From positions 12,051 to 76,050 of the forward strand of contig CAINOB010000002.1 in NCBI GenBank assembly GCA_903851365.1: a DNA stretch of 64,000 bases. The letters run 5' to 3'. Positions 1-9,278 of the stretch are shown in pieces (position 1 is the first letter of the stretch; each line of letters begins with the position of its first letter). The stretch is from an uncultured Bacteroidota bacterium. Lineage in GTDB: Bacteria > Bacteroidota > Bacteroidia > Bacteroidales > UBA12481. The notes under the pieces were generated by a model. That model was given only the letters and a program-made list of their open reading frames with translations, ran no database searches and was not told the origin of the DNA. Made by a program: the position numbers and the translations under genes.

Positions 1-276
1 ACTACCGTTATCAGCGATAACCTGACGGACAGATTAGAGAACATCAAACAGCAGGCAGGCAATGAGATCCTGCTTTTCGGAAGCCCCACTGCAACGGATG
101 CTCTTATTCAATTGGACCTCATCGACGGGTACTGGCTGTTTGTCAATCCGATTATTCTTGGAAGGGGCATCTCCCTGTTTGCAAACATCAAGGTCAAAAC
201 AAAACTGAGCCTGTTGAGCACCCATCCGTTCAGGTGCGGTGTAGCAGAACTTAATTACATGGTTGACAGGCAATAA
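1..276 (+). CDS. RibD C-terminal domain / dihydrofolate-reductase-like family protein (5' end outside window)
   Basis: Frame 1 is open from nt 1 to TAA at 274-276. My translation ...EILLFGSPTATDALIQLDLIDGYWLFVNPIILGRGISLF... matches the conserved C-terminal half of RibD_C-type reductases. It is missing from the ORF track because it has no start in the window. The antisense ORF 34..273 is discounted. Confidence 0.65.
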   Translation, partial: TTVISDNLTDRLENIKQQAGNEILLFGSPTATDALIQLDLIDGYWLFVNPIILGRGISLFANIKVKTKLSLLSTHPFRCGVAELNYMVDRQ

Positions 277-282
277 TTTTCC

Positions 283-813
283 TTATTTCCCCAACCCATA
301 TTCCCCCAACGCCACATACGTTGCCCCTTCCGGTGCCAGGCGCGATTCAAAGAGGATCAGCCGATTGCATTGAATAGTTTCAGGGAACGTTGTTGCAGTT
401 AATTTTATCTGACGGATATCGGTATAATCCTTGAAACGGGCCAGGGTAATATGCGGCTTTACGGAGCCTTGCCCGGGAACGCCGATGAGCGACGATTCAA
501 GCTGCCGGTATATCGAGGTAAAATCAGGATGTTCTTCGTATAAGGCCCACACCATATAGGGTTTTTTAATTGGCCAGATGCAGATTTCCTTTAGGTTTAG
601 GGTTATCGGCTGAAAGCTGGCGCATATCCCGGCGGTGTCTGTTTTAAGCTTGGAGAGTTTATCGGGCGATACTTCTCCAATGAAACAGGCCGTTACATGC
701 AGATTAGCTCCTGGTACCCAGCGGAGTCCGTTGATAACGCCGTTTGAAAGGCTAAACGCAGTTGCTGCCTGGGTGAATGGCCCCCCAACTGGAAAGCCGG
801 TAAATAGTCTCAT
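283..813 (-). CDS. thpR: RNA 2',3'-cyclic phosphodiesterase (2H phosphoesterase, LigT/ThpR family)
   Basis: 176 aa with the two H-x-T/S-x motifs of the 2H superfamily (NLHVTACF and KPHITLARF) at typical spacing. Confidence 0.8.
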   Translation of the reverse strand: MRLFTGFPVGGPFTQAATAFSLSNGVINGLRWVPGANLHVTACFIGEVSPDKLSKLKTDTAGICASFQPITLNLKEICIWPIKKPYMVWALYEEHPDFTSIYRQLESSLIGVPGQGSVKPHITLARFKDYTDIRQIKLTATTFPETIQCNRLILFESRLAPEGATYVALGEYGLGK

Positions 814-827
814 CTCCTTTTTGTGAA

Positions 828-2681
828 TTATTTCCGGAAGCAGTCTACCATCAATTCGTCTTCTACGGCTTTATTCAGGTTGAGCAGATGGAAATAGGTT
901 GCTATACCCGTAGGATCGATAAATTCGGTGAAGGTGAGTGTCAGATACGGTGCACCCTTGCTCCAGGCGCCAGGAGCTTCAACCCTTGCCTTGAGTATTA
1001 CTTTTTTACCATCGGGACGGATTGAATGGTCTGGTTCCGGTTCACCTATAACAGCCGGATCAACAATGATTCCGCTGAAATTCGGATATTTCTTCAAGAT
1101 TTCCTCGTTTTGGGCAGTCCCCAAGCAGTATACCACCGGTCCGCGGGCGAGGGCAACCTTACCCTCCTGCAGCTGATGGCCCCTGATGAAACGCCACTCC
1201 ATCGGCATATCCAGGGTCACTACATCGCCAGCTTTCCATTTGCGGCGGATCTCGTACGGATTGGCACCGGACGGTACAGAAACCGGCTCCTTGTCATTGA
1301 CGTTTACCGTAGCGTTTTTGCACCATCGCGGAATGCGCAGCTGTAAGGCAAAAGTGGCCTCTTTCGATGGCGTCACCTTAAAAACAACATGGCCGGTGTT
1401 TGGATAGTCGGTTTCCTGAGAGAGTGTTACCGTGAGATCAGGGTTCAGCTCCACGGTTGTTCCGGAAGTGGTAAAAAGATTGACTGCAATGGCTAGATCT
1501 GCTGTCTGATAGTATACTTTTTGTGGCAATTCGGCCATGATGCGGCGAAAATTACCGGGACAGCAGAAACCATCCTGGTCGAAATAGACGCGCCGTCCGG
1601 TAAACGGGGTGAAATACCTGATTTTCCTGCCTTCCGGATCCTGTGCCGCAAAGAGCGCATTGTATATTGTTCGCTCCATGATATCCCCGTAACGAAGATC
1701 TCCTTCCAGACGCATCAAGCTTTCCAGCCATCGCACCAAGTAAGCCGTAACGCACGATTCGCCGATCTGCCCGGCACCATTCTGCGTGTAGGAGAACCAC
1801 TCTCCGTCAGAGGCGGAACCGACAACATTGAGGCCTCCTCCGGTGCGCAACAACTCATGGCGCATGTATTCCGACATATCCAGCAGCGACGGCTTATTCA
1901 TGGACCGGTATAACTCGGTCTGTGCGTAACATCGCGCCAGCATCACATAAACATGGGAAGCTTCCGTTTCAAAGGTCTGCTTCCAGGTAAGCAACGACGC
2001 ACACTGCACTTCGGCTTTTGAATTCCCATGTTTAACATTGGCAGCGAAATCCAGGTAGCGATTATCACCGGTTGCCTTATACAGGGCGATAAATCCCTCT
2101 GGAAGTCCGGCCGTGCATACCTCCTCGGGTTTGGGATCCTTTCCGAAGGTGGTGATCACATAATCAGCCAGATTCCGGGCATCCTCAAGCGTTGTTTTAT
2201 TTCCGGTGGCCCGAAAATTCCGGATCAGCCCGAGCAACAGATATTCCTGCTCATGCAACGCCCAGTTGAAATGGTTCTGCTTACCTCCGGGCAGGGGTTT
2301 AAACGTGCCGATATAGCCATCGGCATCACGCGTTGCTATAATTCCTTTGATCAGGTTTGCTGTTCGTTCTGCTACTTTCGGGTCGCCGGTGTAGGCGGAA
2401 AAAAGACTCCCGGCGTCAATCACCTTTCCTACCCCAACATAATGATAATTGTCGGTGAACGGCCGTACCCGGAATGGCTCGGTAAAAAAGTTATCGAGAT
2501 CGAGTACCATGTAGTTCTTATAGATGAGGTCATTGATTCTCCTCCCGATCTCACCTGACAGCTCCGTTTGTTTAAGGGTTATGGGCCGAAGCTGATCGGT
2601 ATTCTGCAGTTTCTTATTCTGCGGACTGGTTAAGGTGACCATCGCAAGGGCCGCCAGGGTAAAGAGTTTAATGTTTGTCAT
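828..2681 (-). CDS. GH127 family beta-L-arabinofuranosidase-like (DUF1680) glycoside hydrolase, secreted
   Basis: The size and the E-x-C (GESCVTAY) plus CC (GFCCPGNFRR) motifs correspond to the Zn/Cys catalytic centre of GH127. The track start at 2726 is TTG. The ATG at 2681 gives a signal-peptide-like N-terminus (MTNIKLFTLAALAMVTL), so I prefer it. Confidence 0.8.
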   Translation of the reverse strand: MTNIKLFTLAALAMVTLTSPQNKKLQNTDQLRPITLKQTELSGEIGRRINDLIYKNYMVLDLDNFFTEPFRVRPFTDNYHYVGVGKVIDAGSLFSAYTGDPKVAERTANLIKGIIATRDADGYIGTFKPLPGGKQNHFNWALHEQEYLLLGLIRNFRATGNKTTLEDARNLADYVITTFGKDPKPEEVCTAGLPEGFIALYKATGDNRYLDFAANVKHGNSKAEVQCASLLTWKQTFETEASHVYVMLARCYAQTELYRSMNKPSLLDMSEYMRHELLRTGGGLNVVGSASDGEWFSYTQNGAGQIGESCVTAYLVRWLESLMRLEGDLRYGDIMERTIYNALFAAQDPEGRKIRYFTPFTGRRVYFDQDGFCCPGNFRRIMAELPQKVYYQTADLAIAVNLFTTSGTTVELNPDLTVTLSQETDYPNTGHVVFKVTPSKEATFALQLRIPRWCKNATVNVNDKEPVSVPSGANPYEIRRKWKAGDVVTLDMPMEWRFIRGHQLQEGKVALARGPVVYCLGTAQNEEILKKYPNFSGIIVDPAVIGEPEPDHSIRPDGKKVILKARVEAPGAWSKGAPYLTLTFTEFIDPTGIATYFHLLNLNKAVEDELMVDCFRK

Positions 2682-2867
2682 GCTGTTAAGGTTGCCTAAA
2701 ATTAGGAAAGCCTGTGCTACTTTCAATATCGATTTAAAAAAACATGCTCAAAAGGCAAATGAGTATTACATTATTACCAGCACCTCGGTCGTAAAGAAAA
2801 AGAATCATCTCATTTTGAACTATTTCCCCCTTTATCGGTTCAATGATTGAATATAAAGCTTTTAACC

Positions 2868-3710
2868 ATGAGAAAGTTTAGTTATTTCTTCGGTGGATTA
2901 GTAATCGCAATCTTTTCAGTCTTTTTTACCTCCTGTGAAACCGACAGTATTTCGTATGGTGTTTATGGAGCGGGCGGTGCGAATTTTCTTACGCTGCATT
3001 CAACCTACGATAATTTCCTGGTAGGGAAAGACACTTTGCAACCTGAAATTTCTTATTTTTATAAAGGAGTCCACCTCTCGGGTGGAGATCATGTTCCTGC
3101 CGATTTTCCTGTAGCCTATGTGGATTTAAGATTTTCAGACGGTCATTCAAACTGGTCAGATCCCAGATTAAGTGCCGCGTACCTATACCAAAAAATTGTT
3201 CAAGGATCATTAAACTGGATGTATAACATTTCTCTAACGTATGATAAATACACAGATTATATAATTAACGCAAATAGTCCACCGGCACACCTGCATCTTT
3301 GCCTGAGGAGCTGGGATGAAAATACAAAGGGTAAAAGACCCGGTAGAACCTGGAAGGTGAAATCCATTGTTGATGATAAAGGAAATGACCTCACCAAGGA
3401 TCCCGACTGGGAAAACTATACCGATAATACCATGAGATTTGAAAAAACCGACCGGTTTGTGTTTACGGTAGGCGAGAAACGGTCGAAAAAGGAAGAAGAA
3501 TTATTCGGGCTTTATCCTAAAAATGATACCGTTTACGGGACGTATAATTTTGGGGGGAAGAGTGCTTCTATTTCAAGTTCAATACTATATCTGGTGTTTC
3601 CCGATTTCAAACGCCAATTAACAGTGGTCGAATCCGCCTTTGGCATGGTGAAACTTAGTGGAATTGAGGGAGGGAAAACAGGCATCTTGGTTTTGGAACC
3701 CATTGATTAA
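2868..3710 (+). CDS. hypothetical lipoprotein
   Basis: The ATG at 2868 gives MRKFSYFFGGLVIAIFSVFFTSC, a signal peptide with a lipobox Cys. No family recognised. It abuts the next gene. Confidence 0.6.
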   Translation: MRKFSYFFGGLVIAIFSVFFTSCETDSISYGVYGAGGANFLTLHSTYDNFLVGKDTLQPEISYFYKGVHLSGGDHVPADFPVAYVDLRFSDGHSNWSDPRLSAAYLYQKIVQGSLNWMYNISLTYDKYTDYIINANSPPAHLHLCLRSWDENTKGKRPGRTWKVKSIVDDKGNDLTKDPDWENYTDNTMRFEKTDRFVFTVGEKRSKKEEELFGLYPKNDTVYGTYNFGGKSASISSSILYLVFPDFKRQLTVVESAFGMVKLSGIEGGKTGILVLEPID

Positions 3711-3743
3711 TTGCATTCTACCCATAAATTAAAATATACTTAC

Positions 3744-4868
3744 ATGAGACAAAAGTCAATCTTAACCTTGATCCTGGTCACTTGTTTGGCATTTTACCAG
3801 ATTAAGGCACAGACAAATATTGCAGCCCAACTCGGCACCATCAGCCCCAACTTTTCGTCCTACGTGGATGGTTACATGAAAGACCTGACAGCTCACCAGG
3901 GATTTGCTTTCCTCAATGACCTTAATTCCACGGGAAGGGTTCTCGGTAAGTGGGAACTTGGTTTTTCCCTGAAAACCGGAACCGGCCTTCGATCGTCGGA
4001 ATACGGCTTCACTGGTTTTTCAGATAATTTCATGCTGGAAGGTGGGGTACCGACTCTGTTTGGAACGGAATCTCCGGGTAAGATGACTTTTCGTTTCCTG
4101 GATGAGGGGACGGGCCTCCCCCTGGTAAATCCAATGACCGGTAAGGATCTGGGCTTTGGTTTGCCGCTTCTGCCGGGAATGGGCACCTCACTTGGCTTTT
4201 CACCGGCTTTACTGCCAGTCTTCAGTTTAGGTGTCGGATACGGAACTGAAGTATCGGTGGGGGTGCTTCCCGGTGCTATCAGGCTGGCAACCAAAGGTCT
4301 GGTTAACGATTTTTCTGTAAAGCGTGATATCATTGCTTCATTTGGTGTAAAACATGATGTGTTTCAATGGATTCCCTGGCTGAACAAGCATAATTTCGGA
4401 TTCTCTGTTGGAGCTCAGTACAGCCTTCTCAATATAGGCGCAAACATTGGCTCTGGTTTGATCGGGAACCTGGATATTCCGAGCAGCGACAAGTTTGAAG
4501 TGTCCAATAATCTAAGCGGCCTGGAATACCGGTCGTCGAACTTTGGCTTCGAGGCACTTCTGACTAAGAAATTCGGATTTCTCGACCTTTCCTTGTTCTC
4601 CTCCTATAACCTGACTCACTACCGGGTTTACAATGATGGTTCTCTTGATGTTAAAATCGCCAAGACTTTCTATACCACAATCAGTGATGGATTCGATCTT
4701 TATCAGATTAAAGACATGATTAATGTAGACCGCAAGGTAAATCAGTTTCTGTATGGTATAGCACTCCAGTTTAACCTGGGGCGCTTTGACCTGGCCCTAA
4801 AGGCAGCACCATTCAGCGGACAAAATTATTACTCCGTGGGGTTGGGATACAAAATCATTAAAAAATAG
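3744..4868 (+). CDS. hypothetical secreted protein, probably an outer-membrane beta-barrel
   Basis: The ATG at 3744 gives the signal peptide MRQKSILTLILVTCLAFYQIKAQ. The protein is Gly/Ser/aromatic-rich with alternating patterns and has an aromatic-rich C-terminus (YYSVGLGYKIIKK). No family name assigned with confidence. Confidence 0.55.
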   Translation: MRQKSILTLILVTCLAFYQIKAQTNIAAQLGTISPNFSSYVDGYMKDLTAHQGFAFLNDLNSTGRVLGKWELGFSLKTGTGLRSSEYGFTGFSDNFMLEGGVPTLFGTESPGKMTFRFLDEGTGLPLVNPMTGKDLGFGLPLLPGMGTSLGFSPALLPVFSLGVGYGTEVSVGVLPGAIRLATKGLVNDFSVKRDIIASFGVKHDVFQWIPWLNKHNFGFSVGAQYSLLNIGANIGSGLIGNLDIPSSDKFEVSNNLSGLEYRSSNFGFEALLTKKFGFLDLSLFSSYNLTHYRVYNDGSLDVKIAKTFYTTISDGFDLYQIKDMINVDRKVNQFLYGIALQFNLGRFDLALKAAPFSGQNYYSVGLGYKIIKK

Positions 4869-5019
4869 GCATTCATTGAGTCCGAATCTCAATAAAATCG
4901 GGTGTCTTGATTCAAAATGAGCAGGTTGCATAGAAATGCAATAAATTCATCATTGAACTTATCGATCCAATTTTTGTTATCTTTCATTTAAGAAGCAAAC
5001 CCTTTTGGTTTCAATATGG

Positions 5020-6828
5020 ATGGAAAAAATGGATACTGTTGAAGCACCCTATATTAACGGAAAATTCCTTTACTACGCGTTTATCGCCGGAGGAAATCAA
5101 ATCCTGCGAAATCAGGTGGAGATCAATAAAATAAATATTTTTCCAGTAAACGATAAAGATACCGGTACCAACCTGGCTTCCACTATTCGTGCGGTTATCG
5201 ATAATATCAAACCCGATAAATCCTATAAAATCACTGCAATAAACATTGCAGATGCAGCATTGATGGGAGCCCGCGGTAATTCAGGCATCATTTTCGCTCA
5301 ATTCCTGCACGGAATGAGCCGGGAAACCATAAATAAACCTCATATCAACCTTCGGGAATTTGCTGAAAGTGTTGAAAATTCAATCCCTTACATTTATACT
5401 GCTATTGCTGAACCGGTTGAGGGAACTATGCTTACGGTTATCAAAGCCTGGTCCGATTTTCTCAATACCAAAAAGGAAGCTATCCACGATTTTAAAACGG
5501 TTATCATCGATTCTCTGGCCGTACTGGAAAAATCACTGGGCGAGACTACCCTGAAATTGAAGGCATTAAAAAAGTCGGGTTTCGTTGATGCCGGGGCCAA
5601 AGGGTTCGTGTTGTTTATCAAAGGGATTATCGAATTTTTAAAATACAGGAATATCCGGGACCTGATGGTTGCCTCCGGTGAAATCATTTCGCTGATACAT
5701 ACCGAGGAGTTTATGGATGATGAGATTTCGCATCGCTTTTGCACGGAGGCGATTTTAAAGGACCTAAAGGTCAGCAAAACTGAACTTCAGAACACCCTGG
5801 GTGACTTCGGCGACTCGGTTGTTATTGCCGGGTCTGAGAGCCTTTGCCGCTTCCACGTTCATACCAATAATCCGGCCGAGCTTTTTTATCAGTTGAAGGA
5901 TTCCGGAACGGTTACCTTTCAAAAGGTGGATGATATGGTTCGTCAGCACGAAACCGCTTTTAAAAGAAAGTGGAACATCGCACTGGTAACTGATTCAACC
6001 TGCGATCTACCTCAGGATCTGATCGATTTTTATCAGATTAATGTGGTGCCGATCAACCTGAATTTTGGGGATTACCATTATCTGGATAAGGTGACCATTC
6101 AACCCGATCAATTTTATGATTTGCTTGAATCCAATCCCGAATTCCCTAAAACATCCCAGATAAACGAGCAGGCTTTCACGAACCTTTTTTCGAATCTGGC
6201 TTCGCATTATGATGCCATTATTGCTGTTCATCTGACCGGTAAGTTCAGCGGTACCTATACCAATAGTGTAAAAGCCGGCAAACGCATTTCGAAAGAGTTT
6301 AACAAGCCGGTGTATGTTATCGATTCAAAAAATTTGTCGGGAGCGCTGGGATTACTGATGCTGAAGGCTGCCAGGAGCATTGAAGCCGGTGAGCCGGTGG
6401 AGTCGGTAGTCAGGGCCATTGAAGACGACATTGTTCAAACCAAAATATTTGTCAGCGTCAGGAACCTGAAATTTATGATCAAGGGGGGAAGGGTTTCCAG
6501 ACCAAAAGGCCTTATCGCCAGTGTTCTGGGCATAAATCCGGTTATTTCGATTGATGAAAACGGTAAATCGATCTTATTCGGTAATACTTTCAGCCAGCAA
6601 GCCAGTCTGGGAAAAATCTATGATCATATCCGTAAGATAAGCGAGGGGAAAACTGTTTGGAACTACATGATGCTGCATGCCCACAACCCTGAAGGAGCCA
6701 GGGAAGCCGGAGAGAAACTGTTTGAAATCACCGGAAAGAGAGCGGTTTCGGTGGTGGATATTTCTCCTGTTATTGGTATGCACGCCGGCAGCGGTGCCAT
6801 TGCCGTTTCGATATTATTTACCAATTAA
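5020..6828 (+). CDS. DAK2 (FakA-like N-terminal and central domains) fused to a DegV/FakB fatty-acid-binding domain
   Basis: The N-terminal half has the DhaL/DAK2 motif FPVNDKDTGTNL and FakA-central-like CTEAIL...RFHVHTNNP. The C-terminal half is canonical DegV (NIALVTDSTCDLP, PKTSQ, HLTGKFSGTYTNS, VIDSKNLSGALG). The track start 5005 is TTG; the first ATG is at 5020. Confidence 0.75.
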   Translation: MEKMDTVEAPYINGKFLYYAFIAGGNQILRNQVEINKINIFPVNDKDTGTNLASTIRAVIDNIKPDKSYKITAINIADAALMGARGNSGIIFAQFLHGMSRETINKPHINLREFAESVENSIPYIYTAIAEPVEGTMLTVIKAWSDFLNTKKEAIHDFKTVIIDSLAVLEKSLGETTLKLKALKKSGFVDAGAKGFVLFIKGIIEFLKYRNIRDLMVASGEIISLIHTEEFMDDEISHRFCTEAILKDLKVSKTELQNTLGDFGDSVVIAGSESLCRFHVHTNNPAELFYQLKDSGTVTFQKVDDMVRQHETAFKRKWNIALVTDSTCDLPQDLIDFYQINVVPINLNFGDYHYLDKVTIQPDQFYDLLESNPEFPKTSQINEQAFTNLFSNLASHYDAIIAVHLTGKFSGTYTNSVKAGKRISKEFNKPVYVIDSKNLSGALGLLMLKAARSIEAGEPVESVVRAIEDDIVQTKIFVSVRNLKFMIKGGRVSRPKGLIASVLGINPVISIDENGKSILFGNTFSQQASLGKIYDHIRKISEGKTVWNYMMLHAHNPEGAREAGEKLFEITGKRAVSVVDISPVIGMHAGSGAIAVSILFTN

Positions 6829-6839
6829 TCACACAAATC

Positions 6840-7616
6840 ATGCTTACTCTGTTTTTGCAGGCCTGCCTTTTAATTCTGGTTCTGGTAACTCTTTTATGGG
6901 TTTTGAGTGTAATTATTAAAAATGTCAGTATTGTCGACCTGTTCTGGGGATTTGGTTTTGTGGTAGTGAATGCATTCTATGTTTTGACATCCGGTGAGAT
7001 GAGTGCCAGAAAGATACTGCTGCTTGTGCTCGTATCTGCCTGGGGGCTCAGGCTTTCCATCTACCTTGCCTGGAGAAACCTTGGGAAAGGCGAGGATTTC
7101 AGATATCAGGAATTCAGGCGGAAATATGGACCAGAGCGCTATTGGTGGGTCAGCTATTTTCAAACCTTTTTATTGCAGGGCGTATTAATGATGATTATTT
7201 CCTTGCCCCTGCTGGCAGTCAGTTCGGGTACAGGTTCAAATACCCTCGGAGTCCTTGATTTCATTGGAATTTTTATATGGCTGACCGGCATTACTTTTGA
7301 AGCGGGAGGAGATTTTCAGCTGGCGGCATTTAAATCAAATCCCAAAAACAAAGGGAAGGTATTAAATACCGGTTTTTGGAAATACACGAGGCATCCGAAT
7401 TATTTTGGAGATTCGGCGGTTTGGTGGGCCTATGCCCTGTTTAGCATAGCAGCTGGGGGTTACTGGCAAATTATTGGATCTGTTCTCATGACTTTAATGA
7501 TTATCAAGGTTTCCGGTGTTGTTTTGCTGGAGAAAACCTTAGTCGATAAGAAACCTGAATACCGGGATTATATCCGGAAAACGAGTTCCTTTTTACCCTG
7601 GTTTCCCAAAAAATAG
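6840..7616 (+). CDS. DUF1295 family membrane protein (steroid 5-alpha-reductase-like fold)
   Basis: Multi-pass hydrophobic protein with the conserved GFWKYTRHPNYFGDSAVWW block typical of DUF1295. Confidence 0.75.
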   Translation: MLTLFLQACLLILVLVTLLWVLSVIIKNVSIVDLFWGFGFVVVNAFYVLTSGEMSARKILLLVLVSAWGLRLSIYLAWRNLGKGEDFRYQEFRRKYGPERYWWVSYFQTFLLQGVLMMIISLPLLAVSSGTGSNTLGVLDFIGIFIWLTGITFEAGGDFQLAAFKSNPKNKGKVLNTGFWKYTRHPNYFGDSAVWWAYALFSIAAGGYWQIIGSVLMTLMIIKVSGVVLLEKTLVDKKPEYRDYIRKTSSFLPWFPKK

Positions 7617-7622
7617 AAGACT

Positions 7623-8363
7623 ATGGATTTCCTGAAAAATAATGTCTGGCTAATACTTTTCGTTGCCTGGGGCTTGCCGCTTGGATATTACCGGAGCAAA
7701 TTCCGCAAAATAGTTTACCAGACCGATAGTTGGATCATTAATATAAAACCGGTTTTCTGGAAGGAAATCAGGGGCCTGTTTGGGAATATTTATCCCGATA
7801 ATCAGAAATATAAAAAGTTCCGGAATTTCTACCTTTTCTATCTGGCAGTTTATTTTTCTTTATTTATTGTTTATTTTATCGTTGGCGCTAAAACTGAAAA
7901 CATGAAACAACTGGCGATCGGGGATACTGTTCCCAAATTTGAATTAATGGATCAGCATGGTAAATTGTTCCAGATTGATTCTGTGCTCGGGAAAAAGAAC
8001 CTGGTTATTTACTTTTATCCCAAAGATGAAAGTCAGGGATGTACCAAGGAGGCCTGTTCGTTTCGCGATCAATTTGAAGTGTTTGCCGATGCCGATGCAG
8101 TGATTATCGGAATCAGCGCCCAATCGGTTGAAAGCCACCTGATGTTTGCCACAAAGAACCGGCTGAATTATACTTTGCTGAGCGATAAAGGAAGCAAAGT
8201 GAGGAAGTTATTTGGCGTACCCGGTAATATTTTCGGGTTGATCCCGGGCAGGGTCACCTATGTAATTGACCGCGATGGGAAGGTGGTTTATCTGTTTAAT
8301 TCACAATTACAGGCCGAAAAACATGTAGAGGAAGCGCTGCGCATTCTGCAGGAAATGAAATGA
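7623..8363 (+). CDS. bcp: Peroxiredoxin Bcp with an in-frame ~93-aa N-terminal membrane extension
   Basis: The C-terminal 153 aa (from the ATG at 7902) are a canonical Bcp (VIYFYPKDESQGCTKEACSFRD). The upstream 93 aa in the same frame contain two hydrophobic helices. The true start (7623 or 7902) cannot be decided from sequence. Confidence 0.8.
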   Translation: MDFLKNNVWLILFVAWGLPLGYYRSKFRKIVYQTDSWIINIKPVFWKEIRGLFGNIYPDNQKYKKFRNFYLFYLAVYFSLFIVYFIVGAKTENMKQLAIGDTVPKFELMDQHGKLFQIDSVLGKKNLVIYFYPKDESQGCTKEACSFRDQFEVFADADAVIIGISAQSVESHLMFATKNRLNYTLLSDKGSKVRKLFGVPGNIFGLIPGRVTYVIDRDGKVVYLFNSQLQAEKHVEEALRILQEMK

Positions 8364-8959
8364 ACCTTGCCGCTCAAATTGGCTTTGTATTCCTATCCTA
8401 CCTAATAGGATCGATACCTTTCGGCTATCTCGTGACCAGATATGCGACCAATAAAAATATTCTGGAGCTGGGCAGCGGCAATATTGGGTCAACCAATGTC
8501 GGGCGTGTTTCCGGGAAAAAGTTTTCAGTAATCACGCAGGTGCTGGATATGACCAAAGGGATTATTCCCGTAGCGGTTTTTATCTGTTTTATTAAGGGCC
8601 GGGTGGTGGTTCCCGACTATTACGTTTATCTGGTTGCCCTAGCGACTATTATCGGCCATGACTTCAGCATCTATCTGAAATTAAAAGGCGGCAAAGGGGT
8701 TAATACCACCCAGGGGGCATCCGTATTGTTAGCTCCCTATTCTGCGTTCATTGCAGCGGCTGTTTTTTATCTGGTGAAGTGGCGGTTTAAATACTCCTCG
8801 ATTGGCTCTATCTGCCTGGCGATTTCCTTGCCCGCGACTGAACTTATTATTCATGGACTCACTTTATCTTTTTACTATCTGGTGGTTTGCATGGTCCTTA
8901 TTATTGTCCGGCACCGAAAGAATATCGACAGGTTATTGAATAAGCGGGAGCTTTTATAA
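8360..8959 (+). CDS. plsY: Glycerol-3-phosphate acyltransferase PlsY (acyl-phosphate dependent)
   Basis: 199-aa multi-pass protein with the GSGNIGSTNVGR motif. Its ATG overlaps the bcp stop (ATGA). Confidence 0.9.
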   Translation: MNLAAQIGFVFLSYLIGSIPFGYLVTRYATNKNILELGSGNIGSTNVGRVSGKKFSVITQVLDMTKGIIPVAVFICFIKGRVVVPDYYVYLVALATIIGHDFSIYLKLKGGKGVNTTQGASVLLAPYSAFIAAAVFYLVKWRFKYSSIGSICLAISLPATELIIHGLTLSFYYLVVCMVLIIVRHRKNIDRLLNKRELL

Positions 8960-8964
8960 AGAAA

Positions 8965-9273
8965 GAAAATAATTTCCAGACCAATACCTTGATGTTGTAC
9001 GGTATGGTGTTATTGCTTTGCGGTTTCTCCTTTTTTATTCTTCTAAAAATAGTAGAGAAAAATTCCCATGAGATAGAAGCCCTGGAGGATGCTTTTAAGA
9101 TATTGAATAAAAAGTGAGTGGTTTCTACCCTTTGCTATACCGCGGCTGTTCCATTGTCCTACCTCCATCCATATATATCATTCGCGATTTATATAATCAC
9201 TGCTATCATGTGGCTCATCCCGGACAAGAATATTGAGAAAGCCTTGAATAGCCAGGCTAATAGTCAAAAATAG
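8965..9273 (+). pseudogene. Remnant of a TMEM175/DUF1211-family membrane protein gene (5'-truncated, internal TGA)
   Basis: My translation of one frame reads ...NNFQTNTLMLYGMVLLLCGFSFFILLKIVEKNSHEIEALEDAFKILNKK*VVSTLCYTAAVPLSYLHPYISFAIYIITAIMWLIPDKNIEKAL...*. This resembles the last ~100 aa of DUF1211 proteins (conserved ...MWLIPD+.IEK). There is an in-frame TGA at 9115-9117, and no room for the N-terminal part after plsY. Confidence 0.55.
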
Positions 9274-9278
9274 TGCGT

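Noticed and set aside
34-273. 79-aa minus-strand ORF at the window start.
   Set aside because: The plus strand (frame 1, 1..276) encodes a recognisable RibD_C-type C-terminus ending in TAA. The minus ORF has no similarity to anything I recognise.
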